Positions 25,023 to 39,077 of a stretch of 64,000 nucleotides of DNA are shown piece by piece. The notes beneath the pieces are model-generated. The model worked only from the letters and a program-made list of their open reading frames with translations. It was not told where the DNA came from and searched no databases. Location of the stretch: positions 7,874,001 to 7,938,000 of the forward strand of contig NC_088855.1 in the NCBI RefSeq assembly GCF_963853765.1, in the 5' to 3' direction. The DNA is from Magallana gigas (Eukaryota). Each line of letters opens with the position of its first letter. The stretch's first letter is position 1. The position numbers and the translations under genes are program-made.

Positions 25023-28000
25023 CTTGGAAAATCTTAGACATTAAAACTCGGTGCGCCAGTTTCTGTGATCCCAGAATCCCCCTCAGTCTTGCTCTTTTTG
25101 CCTAGATCAGCCTGTGTGTTTGTCCTGTTGATCAACTGCTCACTTCTCTTTGGTCATCTAATAAGCCTGCTAGATTTTCTCACCTGGAAACAAAATCAAT
25201 ATTGAGTCTAACTTGTTATATACAGCTTCATACTGGATGTGGAAAGTTCCGCAAGACAAAGTTCATGACTCGGCTCTCCAATGGAAGTGAGTACGATTAG
25301 GCAGTCTTCTGTCAGGTTTAATCAACTGCTACGACAAAAACAAATACTCCAATGCCAGTAGTAGAGGTAACTGTCACTGAATCATCTCCTACTGAATGAA
25401 GAGTGTTAATGTACGGTAGCATGGTAACTTGGTCTGTCAATACTTAACAGGTGTTCTACGAGTTGCCATGCAAGAACAGCCGTCTGCTAGAGAAGTCTTA
25501 TTCAATACCGCTCAATATACATATATGTATCAGATTGTCCCATGGTATAAGCATGGGCCTAGCCTGTTATCCGATATAAATTGTCTAACATGATTGACAG
25601 TATAACAGATCAGCTAGTACCGGAAGTTTACAATCACAAAAATATCAAAAAGAAGGAAAACAATAAATTCTTAAAATTCTACCGGCAAATTTTAAATTCT
25701 TGAAAATAATAAAAAGAAGCATGTACTGAATTGCATGAATGTCTGCAGCAAACTTAACATGCATGACAACAAAAGGGATTGATAAGTGGTCTCCCCTGAA
25801 ACTCCCCTCATTTATGAGTTGTCTGCCTTAAACCTGTTTTGTCTGATGTTTTTAACACCAATATCAAGAAACTGCACCTTAAGATCAAGCACCCACAATT
25901 ACCAAGCAGCAACCAATTGCCAATACCAGTGCTGTTGAGAGCTGAACTGACAGCTTTAAATTAGCAACATGTGATTATTCTTAAAATGATAGAGCATTCT
26001 CCAAACTAAAATGAATACAAGACTCTGGCATTCCTCTTTCTAGAAAAAGCATGTACAGTGCAAAAAATAAAAAGTTATGAAAGTCATATAGAAATACAAT
26101 GAAAAAATTATAAATAAATGATGTTAGAGTTTCAACACAAATAATCTATTTTGCTTATATTTTGTCCAAATTCAAATTGCTTGCCAAGAAAGTGGACATA
26201 ATTATCCTGATTTCCTAGATGCAGCACATTCTATGTTCGCAGTGGGATAGTGATAGGAAGACACACAAACATTGCCAGAAAGCTCTGATGATAAAGATTA
26301 TATATACCCAAGGAAAACAAGACACAATATTAAAGAGGGCAATAAACCTCACGATATTACAGTCCGCTGTGTCAATTACATCATTGGCCATCCTGTCCAT
26401 GCACGATAACACTGGGTAATCCTCTTAAAAATAGGACCTACAGACCAAACAACACCTCCCTATCTCTCTAATAACCGTCTACATACCTCTAGACTCTGAA
26501 CCAGTGTGTGTATATTCCTCGATTCAAGCAGATTATAGACTTAATAATGATACAAACAAGACACCCTTCATTGGTAAAGACATTAATTAAAATATTGAAC
26601 ACTATCAAAGTGTTCTGTCCCTTAAACCAATAGTTTTATATGACCCTTATGTTTGACCTTTACATCCTTTGATGACACCCCTCTTCTTAAGACTGGTGGG
26701 AGGGGGTGTAAAAGTCACATAGAGGTTTATAAGGATGGATTCCTTTGTACTTTAAATTGTCTCATCTTTCAAAGGCAATCTGCCTATTGTATGCAGTGAT
26801 CCCAGATAGAACTGGTTGTTGATCACATTTAATTTGCTGTAGTGAGGATTCTTAATGATTTTGTACTGAACTCTTGCAAAGGTTAACGACATAGGTGAAC
26901 AATATATGGTTGTGCCTTTGTCTGTTAAAACAAAACACAAGATATTTAATTCATTAACGTGTGGGCTCAATAAAAAAGCCTGGGAATCAATAGGGAACAA
27001 AACAACAATCTGACACATCAATGCATGGAGACTGAAGACATTGGGTTTTGGTTGTTTATGCCAAGCTGGAACAAAGACCACCTATCTGATATGCCATGCA
27101 ACCTAAATCAAATAATTCTGGGCTTATACTCATCAACCAAACTACCCTGTATACCTTTTTTGCCAAAGCCATTAAATTTTCCACCAATCATATTTTGTTA
27201 CTGAAATTGATGTCTTTCTGTTTCCTTGTGCCATTTATTGGTATGAGTCAGAGGTAGCAACAGTTACTGGACGAGGGTATAAATGGGTCAGATGTGTCAT
27301 TGGTCCTGGGATTCCCTCAGCCTCACTTAATTCAAGCAATTGTCAACCCTGTTCTTTCATGGATGTTGACCGTTTTATATCAAAATCTTTCACGCTGATG
27401 CAGAGTCAATCCCAAATAATTCTGTTCCAATTCCTTCTAGCCTCCTTTTTAGCGATAAAACAAGATTTATGGGACAACCCTTGAAACAAAAAGACAAGTC
27501 TTAATTGGATCTGTATCTTATTTTCAATGCCAGTTTTGTATTGTCCGGGGGTTATTTCTTATGGAGAAATCTGTAATCACTCATTTAAAAATAGCTGGCT
27601 TGGACTGGGGGCATTCAGACGGAAACAGATTGTTGTGGTTATTGATTGGAAAACTCTCGCTTTACCTGATCAATAAGCAATAGAAATTGGTTGTGTGGTC
27701 CTTGTGAAATTTACAGATGTATATACTTAAACAAACACAGCCAGATCAATTAGAAATTCAAATAAACGATGCTAGCTTTGAATAACAAACTGCATGGATT
27801 TTTAAATTTTGAAAAACAGGTATTTCAAAACAACTATACTGCGCGTGATACACCAAAATAACGATATCATCAGTGAACCTAATCTGTATAAAAACAACTT
27901 GTTGGAATATGTGCATGGGTAATAATACCTCATTAAAAGAACGGATAAAAATAAGTCTCTGTGCCTGCTCTTATTTCCTCCCCCAAATTATATTACATGT

Positions 28001-30772
28001 ATATATAAAGGTATTATAATGCTACTGAATAGAAACCCCTTACTCTCAATCTGTAGACATAATCTAACCTTAATTTACACTGAGTAACTTTCTTTTTTGC
28101 CATTGGTATAATGGTATCAGCTAGGTTTGTGTAAGTAGGTTTGAACCGATGCCAAGAAATCTTTACACTGGCAAAACACAAAATCAGTCTTTACTCTTTA
28201 GTAATAAGGTTTCTCTACCTGCTTTCTGTCATTAAAGCAATTATGCCCCTACATTACAAAGAAATATTGCACCTGCATTCACTTTGCTTCCCTATCCCCC
28301 ATCCACCCCATTCACCCTTACAAATGTATGATGCACTTTACACAACAGCCTAATAAACAGTCAAAAATACAGTTTTTAATAATCATGTAGATAAGGACAC
28401 TAATGTGTACCCAAAAAGGAGAACAGACAAGTACACGAGATATATAGTTTATCGATAGGCAAAAAATTGGTCAGTGCACTCAGCTGTTGACTCATTACTT
28501 TCCTTGTCGAGATATTAATAGATCCCACCACAATAAATAAGATACCAGCCTTAGTATCACTTGATTTCCTTCTTCCTGCTGTACAAGTTTTGATTATATC
28601 TCTATCTTTTTTTTTTTTGCATTAACAGGAAAATGTTAAACATAATAAAGTGCTGATATTTCACAAACTGCCATTATGATGCTTATGCTGAAGATATTAA
28701 CATGATAAACAGCTGACCTTGCTTTTTTCACCTTGTGACCCTTTGTAATGAATTACCTTGATCAATTAGGGAGAGACTTGTTCACCAGTTTAATGAACTT
28801 GTCCAGATCATTAACCAGCCCTGAATGTGCAAAAACATTACCTGGTGTAAGAAGAAAACAATATAAAGCTTGTATCTGATGCTCCAGTTATTCTAAGGGT
28901 TACTTCAGGAAGGCATTTTGCAGAGATCAACAGTTCAAGATCAACAGTTCAATATTAGTATGCCTTTATTTGACCAACTCTTCTAACAGTTAAAAAACAA
29001 AAAACCAAAACAGACAAATAATTAAACAAAAATGAAAAAGTACTTTGGTGATACATGTATTTACTGCAAGCATGAATTAAGTTGCAATGTACACAAAATA
29101 ACCTTGTCTGTCATTTTAGTAGGTAACTTGGTATAATCTGTCTTCAATCTGTGAACGTTCTCATGGTTGTTAACTACTATCATATTTATCAGCAAAGATT
29201 CGTGAACAACTTTAGTACCCCTGTGTACATGACACAACTGCTAGGAATAGATTGTGTTAAAAAATAATAAAATTTTCATCATGATGCATTTAAATGCATA
29301 TCGATCAATTCATAATCAAACTAATTTTTACATGAATCAATACAATTAAGATTATAATGAAATAATTTTGTATTGCCATGCTAAATCACAATGATCTGCT
29401 CATACATAGCTAACACTTTCATCTTCATTTGTTTTTATTTCCTGTTTAATTATCTTAAATGATTAAACAAAAAATACTCCAATATCCATTGATCCAAGTA
29501 ATATGTAATATATGAAAACATATTTCCATTGCTAGTAAATATTCACTATAAGACTGGAGGAACTGCGCAATAAGAAAGTAATAACACTGCCACATTTAAA
29601 CCAATCGCATCGCAATATGTTGACCTAAATCTGCGATGTAAACAAACTACAGCTGATTTCATGTTCTATAAATAGCACCTGCAGGTTAAACGATTTCTTT
29701 GTTAAAGAAAAAAGCTTGAGGAAACGAAACCAGAATTCCCATTTTTTTTAAAAGCCCTGTTCATGATTTCCTTTCCAGTTAGGTTTTGCTGAAAAAAACT
29801 GATCTATATTCTGATCAGTGATCAGTAACCAGAACAACTTACTTAGCAATGAATAACAAAAACATTAGCAACAAAGGATCAGGACTGCATATTGAAAATC
29901 AATGGGCAGTTTGTCATCAGCATTGTCTCTGACTGCAGGACTGAGGTAACACATTGGTGTTAATTATTCATATGAGACTTCCAAGATCACCTGCTCGAGT
30001 CTGTGGTTTTTTGTATAGTGCACTGTTTAAGATAAAACTTTTGGCCTTTCAAGTTCAACTTAAAAGATCTTTCATTACTTATGTATGTATACTTGTTAAA
30101 ACCTGTATAACAAAACAAATGACTACATGCATATGGGTCTAAGTGAATTCAATGAGAAATTATAATTATATTTTAATATTTAAATTGATGTTTGGAAATT
30201 TACATTAAAAGAACATACATGTAAATTGAAATTAACATCAACACACCACATCAAAGACGACAAACAATAGACATCAGACTATTATCAGAATACACAGCAG
30301 CTGTACACAGCTGATCAATATGACGTTTTCTTCCCAAACAAAGAAAGTAAGCATTTCTTCTTGATTTTTCTTTCATGAGACGCCACATATTCAAATATGT
30401 CATAAAAATCGTGCTTAAATGATTCACATTCACCTAACATATTGTGCTTAATTTAGTGAGTGCCCGTGGTTCTTTGTTTATATACATCGACTGTCACATG
30501 GCCTATTTTTGATCAAAGGGGTTTCTTTGTTTGCAGGATTTTATTAATCTAATAAACATGTTAACATTTAAACAGTACAAAAACTTCGAATAAATCATTT
30601 ATCTGTCCATGTGGACGAAGATCCTAGACGAAATCAAACAACAAATGTTTTAGCGCCATTTCAATGCAATACACAAATGGTCGACATGTCTGCTCCAAAA
30701 CAAAACAAAAACAGCGAACTGAAAGGAAACTACACATCGACTCATTAATAGTATAAATTATGCAGTACTCAC

Positions 30773-30960
30773 GGTGAATAAGTCACTGTCAACACTTGCC
30801 AGTGGACTGGACTGTCTTTAATTTCAGTTTGTTGTCCTGCAATCCTCGAGCCGTCAACACATTCAAGGATAATACACCGTCTGTGTTTATCTTCTTACTG
30901 CGGAAAATTATGACGTAGCGAAGATCACGTGTCTCAACACAGCAACGTAAACATTGCCAT
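30773..30960 (-). other. Possible non-coding first exon and promoter region of the YPEL gene
   Basis: Minus-strand donor GTGAGT at 30772-30767 in a locally more CpG-rich stretch. An acceptor (TTCCAG|G) at 25184/25183 shows that coding exon 1 is preceded by an intron. The upstream boundary given is approximate. Confidence 0.3.
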
Positions 30961-31230
30961 GTGACTGGGAACATTGAGCACTGTACACATAATGTCAAAC
31001 AGTTGCAACAAATCCTACACAGAGTAGATAATATGTAAATAAAAAAAATGTTGTAAGTTATGTGAACTAATGTCGAGACGAGTACTACACGTACATGTAT
31101 TTAAATGGCATGCATATGTTGTTGCGTAAATATAATACCTTCGAATTCTGTTATATCGTTCTGAAGGTATATTGCTGCATGAGGGATAAGGTATGTAAAA
31201 CAAAACAAACATATTTTTAATGTACCACCG

Positions 31231-31231
<1 letters not shown>

Positions 31232-31294
<63 letters not shown>
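31232..31294. repeat. (GA)n microsatellite
   Basis: Directly visible. Confidence 0.95.
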
Positions 31295-31296
<2 letters not shown>

Positions 31297-32333
31297 CGTG
31301 GTTGCTATACACTTTCCTTCTTCAGTGCATTTCAAGTGCATTAAATTCAGCACCTCAAGTGACATTTACTTCCTTCTTTAATTCTTTCAAATACCAGTAA
31401 AACCACCTAGTTACAGCCTATTCAGGTGTCTTAAATAGGTAGAAGCATGCAGTTACTTACAATAATGAATATCATGGAATCGAAACCAATTTTTTTTATT
31501 CAAAATTACATGTATTTTCAAAATTTTTGGTAATTGAAAATAGACTTACAAAGTATTTTGTCTTATATATATAGGTACACATCTAAATGGCGCGTAATAC
31601 GACGTGGACGTTAGTTAATTAAAAAAAAAATGTTACAATCCAGATATAGCTGATATTTCTAAGATTTTGATTTACAACTAGTTATTGTCTAGTTAATGTT
31701 TAAATTAAATTTAAACCATTCACCAATGTACACCAGCTGCAATAAAATATAAAGTCTTTCCATTTTTTACAGCATTCGTTTCAATCGTATGCATACTTGC
31801 TGAAAACCGCCATGTTCTGCATCATTTTTTTTTTTGAAAATCAAGAAAAGAATTTTTAGAAAATAGTGTTAAGAACATCAAATATAAGTTAAAGGTGAAA
31901 AAAATCTCGTTCGTTGCATCATATTTTGCAAGTGTGTATGTGAGTGCATGGAACGTTTCTATAACCATGCGTGCAGTCTGTTCGCTAAGAATAGCACATT
32001 TTGGATGCGGGTTAACTATGATTCTGCACATTATAGCTGAGTTATTGGTACTTTTATATCACAATTTCTTCCCCGTACCATAAATATCAGATAACTTGAA
32101 TGTTCTGATAATCGCTAAGCGATTAAGGCGCTATTATCTAAATATATACCCCAATATTATGGTATAAGTTTAGTTTTGATCGAATTAGGTGGGGAATGCC
32201 TATTAATCGACCAAAAAGGATGTCTTGTTCCGATCTTCAACCTTTCACGAATGCGGACACCCTTATGCATGCATACTAAAATCTTAAAATTTCTTTCGAG
32301 TGGTATTCCGTAAGGCGTGTCTTTCCGTCACGG

Positions 32334-32572
32334 ATGAATGGATGCTGTAATACCGTGGCGCCCCACCCCCAGGAGACCTGGTGAATGGATGCTGTAATAC
32401 CGTGGCGCCCCACCCCCAGGAGACCTGGTGAATGGATGCTGTAATACCGTGGCGCCCCACCCCAAGAGACCTGGTGAATGGATGCTGTAATACCATGGCG
32501 CCCCACCCCCAAGAGACCTGGGGAATGGATGCTGTACGTAATACCGTGGCGTCCCACCTCTAGGAGACCTGG
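32334..32572. repeat. GC-rich 47-bp minisatellite, 5 copies
   Basis: GATGCTG recurs at 32341, 32388, 32435, 32481 and 32528. Confidence 0.9.
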
Positions 32573-33066
32573 CGTTGGTGAACACCTTTTGATGGTTTGA
32601 CGGATACATGTAATAGTGCAACATGCATATCTGTGACCATGTTTACAACGGATTTATACAGCGCATTCTTAAAATAAAATTATGAGGAAAAACCACTTTT
32701 GTTTTTTCTTTCTCCCAACAACATTCAAAATTCAAAATATTATAGGAGCCACTATATAATCAAAATATTTATCTGAAGCTATTTAATGCATCAAAGCCAA
32801 CAGTCCTGATATGAAATATGGCGGTAAAGCTTGTACTTATTAGATAAATATTTATATGATTTTGTTTTCACATAAAATTATAAAACGCATGGTTGTATGA
32901 ATAACTTTCTCACATTCAAGTCAACGTGTTATCTGGACGAGGCATAACAATTTTTTTTTCGATTAATGATGTCGATGTTTGAAGAACACCTGAGCTGAAG
33001 TGGTTTCTTGAACTTCCTGGTGTATTAAAGAGTTTGCTAGTGTATTAAAGAGCTTCCTGGTGTATT

Positions 33067-33459
33067 CACAGGTGCATGCTTGTTGACTAGACCCCCCCCC
33101 CCCCGACCAAATTTTACAGAATAACCCAGATAATTTATTTCCATGTTAATATATTTAATTTAATCTTTAAAAACTGTTACAAAATATATCCAAGTGTATG
33201 AAGTAAAAAAGGAATTAAAAAACATTTTAAAAAACCCCACCCTTTCCCCCTCTGCACATAAAAAAGTGTATAGAGGGGAGAAAGGGGGTTTAAAAATGTT
33301 CTTGGTATTTAAAAAAAAAATTATTCGCTGGATATATTTTGTAACATTTTTTTTTTAGATTATTTATTAATATGGGAGTAGATCCCTTGGGTTATTCTGT
33401 AAAATTCGATAGGTGGGGGGGGGGGGGGGGGGGGGTCAGTCAACAATTAAGCACCTGTT
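33067..33459. mobile_element. About 390-bp fold-back element with an 8-bp flanking duplication
   Basis: Imperfect inverted arms over the whole length (CAGGTGC...GCACCTG, TTTTACAGAATAACCCA/TGGGTTATTCTGTAAAA, GTTACAAAATATATCC/GGATATATTTTGTAAC). GGTGTATT at 33059-33066 and 33460-33467. Confidence 0.75.
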
Positions 33460-34628
33460 GGTGTATTAAAAGAAAAGTAAATTACCGATAAGAACGAGAG
33501 GATCATTGGTCCACAAGGATCGGACTCGAATTGGTTAATAAACGAAATTCTACCGAGTTTCCAAAATTTACAATATTTTCCACTAAATAATTGGTAAATG
33601 ATAAGTCAAAAAATTTTATGGAAGTAATTAATTAGGATTAAGCAAATACCTATGTACATGTGTATCAATTTTATATTTAATTAATATTTTTTAGCCCCTA
33701 TTTCGAAGTAATCCGATTTATAACGCTGCGGGCTGCTTGGACTAACGGTGGACTTATGAATGCAACGTACAGATATATACTTTCTACCTTATGGGAGATA
33801 ACTTCAAAACCCAAACATGCATGTTCACTATGGTAGGTAATGTCCTTGTCATGCATTTAAAATATGTGTCATATTGTAAATTTTGTATTTACATACACCC
33901 AGTAAATTCAAAGACATATACATGTACATGTATACACGTACATTGTATGTAAACGCCCAGTTGGACTAGTACCATATTTACTCTATCAAATTTTGATAGA
34001 ACAATAAAATAAAAAAAATAATTGGATGAAATGAAATAATTTTTCACTTTCGAATTGATTTGGCCAGCAAAATGTCAAATGTGAAAAATGTTGAACACCC
34101 GGAAAACAGAATGCAGTAAGTGAATTAATGAAAAATAATTTGAGTTTAAAATCAATCGAAAAACACAAAGTGTTTGATGTTTGTTTCTGATCGTTTCAGC
34201 CTTTGGTGCTCTATATAAGGAGTAGATATATACATGTAAGTCAGAACCAACACAAATAATTAAAAATATCAGAGGTACATATTGAATTAAATAAACATAA
34301 ACTTATATCAAACCTTGTACCCCAATGAGATCATGCAAATACCGCCAGGCGTTAGATTGTTCCAGACTGAGTTCAAAACGTTGTATTGAATGGCTTAGGA
34401 CTATCTGTCAACCCAATCCTTTTCTTGTCCAAAATTCTGTCATTTTGTAAATTTACTGGGTGGCAGTTAATAAAAAAATCACATTTACTGATATCCGGTA
34501 AAATCAAAGTATGTAAAGAAGGTGCTGCACTTCCTATGCTATTTTCCCCTAAAGACGTTGCAGATAAAACGAAAAAAATTAAAGTTTTGTCATTCGATGT
34601 AAACCTTTTCTTTTTACATGCAATGTAA

Positions 34629-34792
34629 AAAACAATAAAATGCTTTCTTTGGTGATTCATGCGGGATATAAAGGTAGCGACATTGCAGAAAAAAATACAT
34701 AACCTGCCTTTAGCGGGTTATGCAAATTTTTCCGTAATGATCGCTACCTTCATAACCGGCATGAATCATCAAAGAAAGCATTTTATTGTTTA
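34629..34792. repeat. Long palindrome; a related partial copy lies at about 62634-62750
   Basis: AAACAATAAAATGCTTTCTTTGGTGATTCATGC ... GCATGAATCATCAAAGAAAGCATTTTATTGTTT. Confidence 0.8.
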
Positions 34793-35350
34793 TATAAACG
34801 TCTTTCTTTTAACTAATTAATTAATTGAATATAAAAAATTATTAAAATTCACTAAATTACTCTTAATGTACATAAGTACGTAAGCTAAAAGAAACAGCGA
34901 AACCGTCTCATGTGAGACTTCGAGTCTGACATTATCATGATTATTTCGTGTAGTCCGTGATTTTACCTAGGTCACAGGTTTCGACCAACTGATAAACAGG
35001 GCGTGTCAAGTTCAGTCCTGTCAGTTTTAGCCGCTGTAGACTTCGACCAATCGATAAACGGGGCGTGTAGATTTCAGTCTTGCTGTTTCTATAGAGCTAT
35101 TAATTAACTATAAGTGAGGAAATAATACTTGGTTGATGTTAATATAATGCAATGTAGAGTTTTATCTAAAAACTTCATACCAAATTTGAAAAGACCATGA
35201 ACAAATTTTTAAAATGAGTACACGGAAAAATGTGACAGATTACATGATTTTTTTTTTAATGAAAATTAAAACAAATCAAAACAGGAAGTAAATGTTCTTG
35301 TTGTTGCAACAGTTCTCGCTGTCGTATAGGATAACTTTCTGCGTTAAGCG

Positions 35351-36177
35351 TTAGAGAGACATGGGGTGACAGTGGCACAGGTGGTTATCACACGTGGCGT
35401 GGTGACCAGGATCACAGCCACACTCCTCGGGGTGGTTACACTCGTGTGTGCTGTGGTGACAGTAACACTTGCCGTGGTGGCAATGGGCAATCGTCCCATC
35501 TGCGCATGTGCAATCGCCATCGGTTACGCAAGTTTCCTTTGCTGCCCAAACTAGAAAATCAATTATAAAAAGTTTAAGGTACATGTTCCTATAATTTTTA
35601 ATGTTAGGAATTACTTGTCTAAAATTGGCATTCCACTTGGTTTAATTTATTGCATGAACTTCAGCAAATCGAATTGAGTACGATCAAATTAAGATAAAGT
35701 TTACTACGATACATCGTTTTACACGCATGCATTCTCAAAAGGTTTCAGGGTTATTTCAACGAATCATAATTACATGTAACTTCCATGTTGAAGGACTGGA
35801 CACACTAAGTATATAAACTATATACTTATATGTCATATGATGTAAATTTATTTTCAAATAATACTTATAATACAGATGAATAAGCTACTTTAGAAACATT
35901 AGTCAAGAATTTGTTCAAGTTTTAAAGACCGTGGCTTCTTATAATCTATAAATGAATACTAGTATCCCAAACGATTATATATAATAATTATATTTGGATA
36001 TATTAGACAATGTACGTGCAATGTTATTCGTGTATACTTTAGCGTGTCACAAAATATCGTACTTAAATTGCAAATCTGTCTCAAATTATTCATTATACAT
36101 TTAATCTTTACAAAACTAAGCATTGAACACTCACCAATGGCAAAGAATAAAATGCAAAAAGTGATCAATATCTTCAT
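35351..36177 (-). CDS. Secreted 12-Cys His-rich peptide A (I84/Cvsi-like), complement(join(36177..36135,35550..35351)), 80 aa
   Basis: Signal-peptide exon MKILITFCILFFAI with phase-1 donor GTGAGT, acceptor TTTTCTAG. Remainder VWAAKETCVTDGDCTCADGTIAHCHHGKCYCHHSTHECNHPEECGCDPGHHATCDNHLCHCHPMSL*. The family assignment is from recalled 12-Cys spacing, not a database search. Confidence 0.85.
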
Positions 36178-37037
36178 GCTTGTTGTCTGGATAGGGATGT
36201 GTGAAAACCTGACCACAAGCTCTGTCAGTTCCAAAATAGATGAACTGCAAAAGATAAGAACAAGCATAATGTACAAACACATGGGTCATATTTAAGTATG
36301 AGAAGTCTTTCACGTGGTGTCAAAATCAAGAATACAGCAAGAATTAGCCATCAGAACGAGAAAAAATCAGCGAGTTGGTCCTCAGTCAATAGGTGTGCGA
36401 GACTGACCGTTGGTTTCCATCGACGATCTACTAAAAGTATGAAAAGTATCTTTATAGCGAAATTCAACTCTCGTTTTAAAAGGTGCAGGTCCGTAGCTCT
36501 ACACCAAAATGAAATATAATCTAAAAACCGCCAGACCCCTCCCTCCCCCCCTCCCGGGAAAGATATTTCTGCATTAGCGCATGCATATGACATGGAAATA
36601 ATACAGCAACATTGAATAAAAATGTCATGCTTACATTGTCAAAAATGAGCATTGATGCATTGGCACATTTTCGTACGTTTCCGGCAGGATACTGATTTTT
36701 TGTCGTGTCGGAAAGACCCAAGAAATGGCATTCAATGATTGCCTTCTTTATTTCTGTTGACATCAACATACATGTAATAACGGAAACTTTATTTCATTTT
36801 AATTCATTACGTAATATACATGTTTTACATGTATATATACACACAACGTTTTTATCGTCCGCGAAAATTGTAAACTTTATTTTGCCTCACCTGCAAACAT
36901 TTTTCGATGATAATAAAAAATCCAACAATTCATAATCAAAATATATCTATGATTATTGACAGTTTACTGCGCTGCATGTAGCTTTCTAATCTTGTTCAAA
37001 CCAAGACTTGTATACGGTGATATATCTATAAGGAATA

Positions 37038-37178
37038 AGGAATCATTCTTTGAGTATTATGAGGTGATAATTTCGGTCGGGGCGTGATCAAATCCAATAA
37101 AGCCCGAAGGGCATTATGATAGATTTGATCACGCCCCGACCGAAATTATCACCTCATAATATTCAAAGATTGATTCCT
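37038..37178. repeat. Long palindrome with a GCCCGAAGGGC centre; a decayed relative lies at about 46105-46250
   Basis: TTATGAGGTGATAATTTCGGTCGGGGCGTGATCAAATC and its reverse complement. Confidence 0.85.
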
Positions 37179-37998
37179 CATTACTTATGTTTATATAATT
37201 TTAAGCCATCGTACGATTAAATATTTAGATATAAATAAGCAAACTCCGCTGGCGCCTCAATTTGGAGTCATTTGTATTATGGGTTATATAGTACAAAATC
37301 GATACGTAGTGTTATCATAGGCAAAGACACTGGAAAATGTAAATATAAGGTAATAAGGCTATAAAATTTTGGATCAGTGGTATATATCTCCTTTGTTTTG
37401 ATAATTTGGAAATCAAGGATAGAAAAAATTAAGATTTTGATAAAATCTAATCAAATATTCAAGATATGATCTTGACATTCTCAATAGAGAATTTTTGTTC
37501 ACTAATCAACGAAAAACAAGAAAAAAAACCCCCAAAATAAATGCAAGATCAAAGATGTCGACATCGACCGGGGAAAAATGAACGCGCTTCCGTAACTTGT
37601 ATTTTAAACACGCTATAATATTCAGACAATTCCGCATCAACAACTTTTTTGTAGAGTCAGTATTCAATATCTTACCGCATTCCTGATTTGAGCGATGATC
37701 ATAGATATTAACAGTACTCTTCGTTTCATTTCGTTTTATGACAGTTTTGAGCAGATCTTTGTTTATATACTTTCTCTATTTCTTGCAAATCTTTATTAAA
37801 AATGCTCCAACCAGAACATAAATACAAACGTTTATCTATACATGCACATATTTATTTTCAGAATGAATTTATTTGAACAATATATACACTCTTTGTCTTT
37901 GATAACTGCAAAACAACAAAAACACGATATTGAATATAGTATGAATAACTATAACTTAAATAAGAATAACTATTATAGTAATTTAAGTAATTTGCATT

Positions 37999-38001
<3 letters not shown>

Positions 38002-38049
<48 letters not shown>
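38002..38049. repeat. (GA)n microsatellite just 3' of the peptide gene B stop codon
   Basis: Directly visible, 16 bp past the stop on the minus strand. Confidence 0.95.
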
Positions 38050-38050
<1 letters not shown>

Positions 38051-38065
38051 GCACTATTTCACGGT

Positions 38066-39077
38066 TTAGTGGGGTGTTGTGGGGTGGCAGTGACAGAGGT
38101 GATGGTCACAGGTGGGATAGTGGTCAACATCACAGGCCGCGCACTCGTCCGGGTGGTGACATTCGTGGGTACTATGGTGACAGTAGCACTTCCCGTGGTG
38201 ACAGTGCGGGAACGTCCCCGCGGCGCATTGACAGTCGGCGTCCACCGTGCAGTCGTCTTTCAGGGCACCGGCTACAAAATCTGATAAATATGACCCGGAT
38301 ACGTTGTAGACATAGTCAAACTTAAAAACTCTGGTATCATCGTCACCAAAATTTTCAGACTTCCATATTGTAGATGTGTTAAACAATAATAGCCAAAAGT
38401 ACAAAGCGGTACATGAACGTAATACGATGAGGACATGGTCAAAAATTGAGATAGCGACCACAAAATGTGATTTAAAAACGTGAAATGTGGTAGACATAGT
38501 CAGACTTGAAGGACTCAACTACACATTGTAAAACATGAACGCAAAATGTTGTATTTTAACGTGAAACGTTTTAGACACAGTCACATATAACCTTTTATGA
38601 CTCGACTAAAAGTAAATGGACGTGAAGTTTATGTGTGGCAGTCAAACATGAAGACTCAGTCTGACAATATATTCATGTAAATATATGTAAATAACAGGTG
38701 TCAATTTCAACTGTTACCCTCCCAAACAGGCACAATTTATTTTATCATACTAAATGTCTTAATATTAGAGAAAATTTTACTGCTTTAATGTAGAAATGAC
38801 ATGAATTCTACAGCGAACTGTACGCACATAATTTACGCGCATGTAACAATGCGTTGTGTTACCCGTTGCCAACTGTGTTGCTAACGCTGAGGGTGATAGA
38901 AGGGATAATCAACTGCGTCTAAACCATCAGATTTCAGTGTTTAACGTGAACAAATATAAAGCAATGCAGACATATACTTCTAGACAGCGACAGCATGAAT
39001 TAAAATGTATCATTATTATACATAAGATGCTTACCCAATGTCAAACACAAAACACAGAAAATAACTAAATTCTTCAT
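38066..39077 (-). CDS. Secreted 12-Cys His-rich peptide B (I84/Cvsi-like), complement(join(39077..39035,38271..38066)), 82 aa
   Basis: Exon 1 MKNLVIFCVLCLTL with phase-1 donor GTAAGC, acceptor TTTTGTAG. Remainder AGALKDDCTVDADCQCAAGTFPHCHHGKCYCHHSTHECHHPDECAACDVDHYPTCDHHLCHCHPTTPH*. Confidence 0.85.
38695..38950. mobile_element. Partial copy of the 15055-15425 element, inside the intron of peptide gene B
   Basis: GGTGTCAATTTCAACTGTTACCCTCCCAAACAGGCAC...GCTAACGCTGAGGGT...CAGATTTCAGT is colinear with about 15163-15410. Confidence 0.8.

Noticed and set aside
32276-32624. Repetitive ORFs (GRHGIT..., GGAPRYY...)
   Set aside because: They are by-products of a 47-bp repeat whose period is not a multiple of 3.
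38000-38325. Plus-strand ORFs MRERERE... and MLWGG...
   Set aside because: They are a (GA)n microsatellite plus antisense read-through of peptide gene B.
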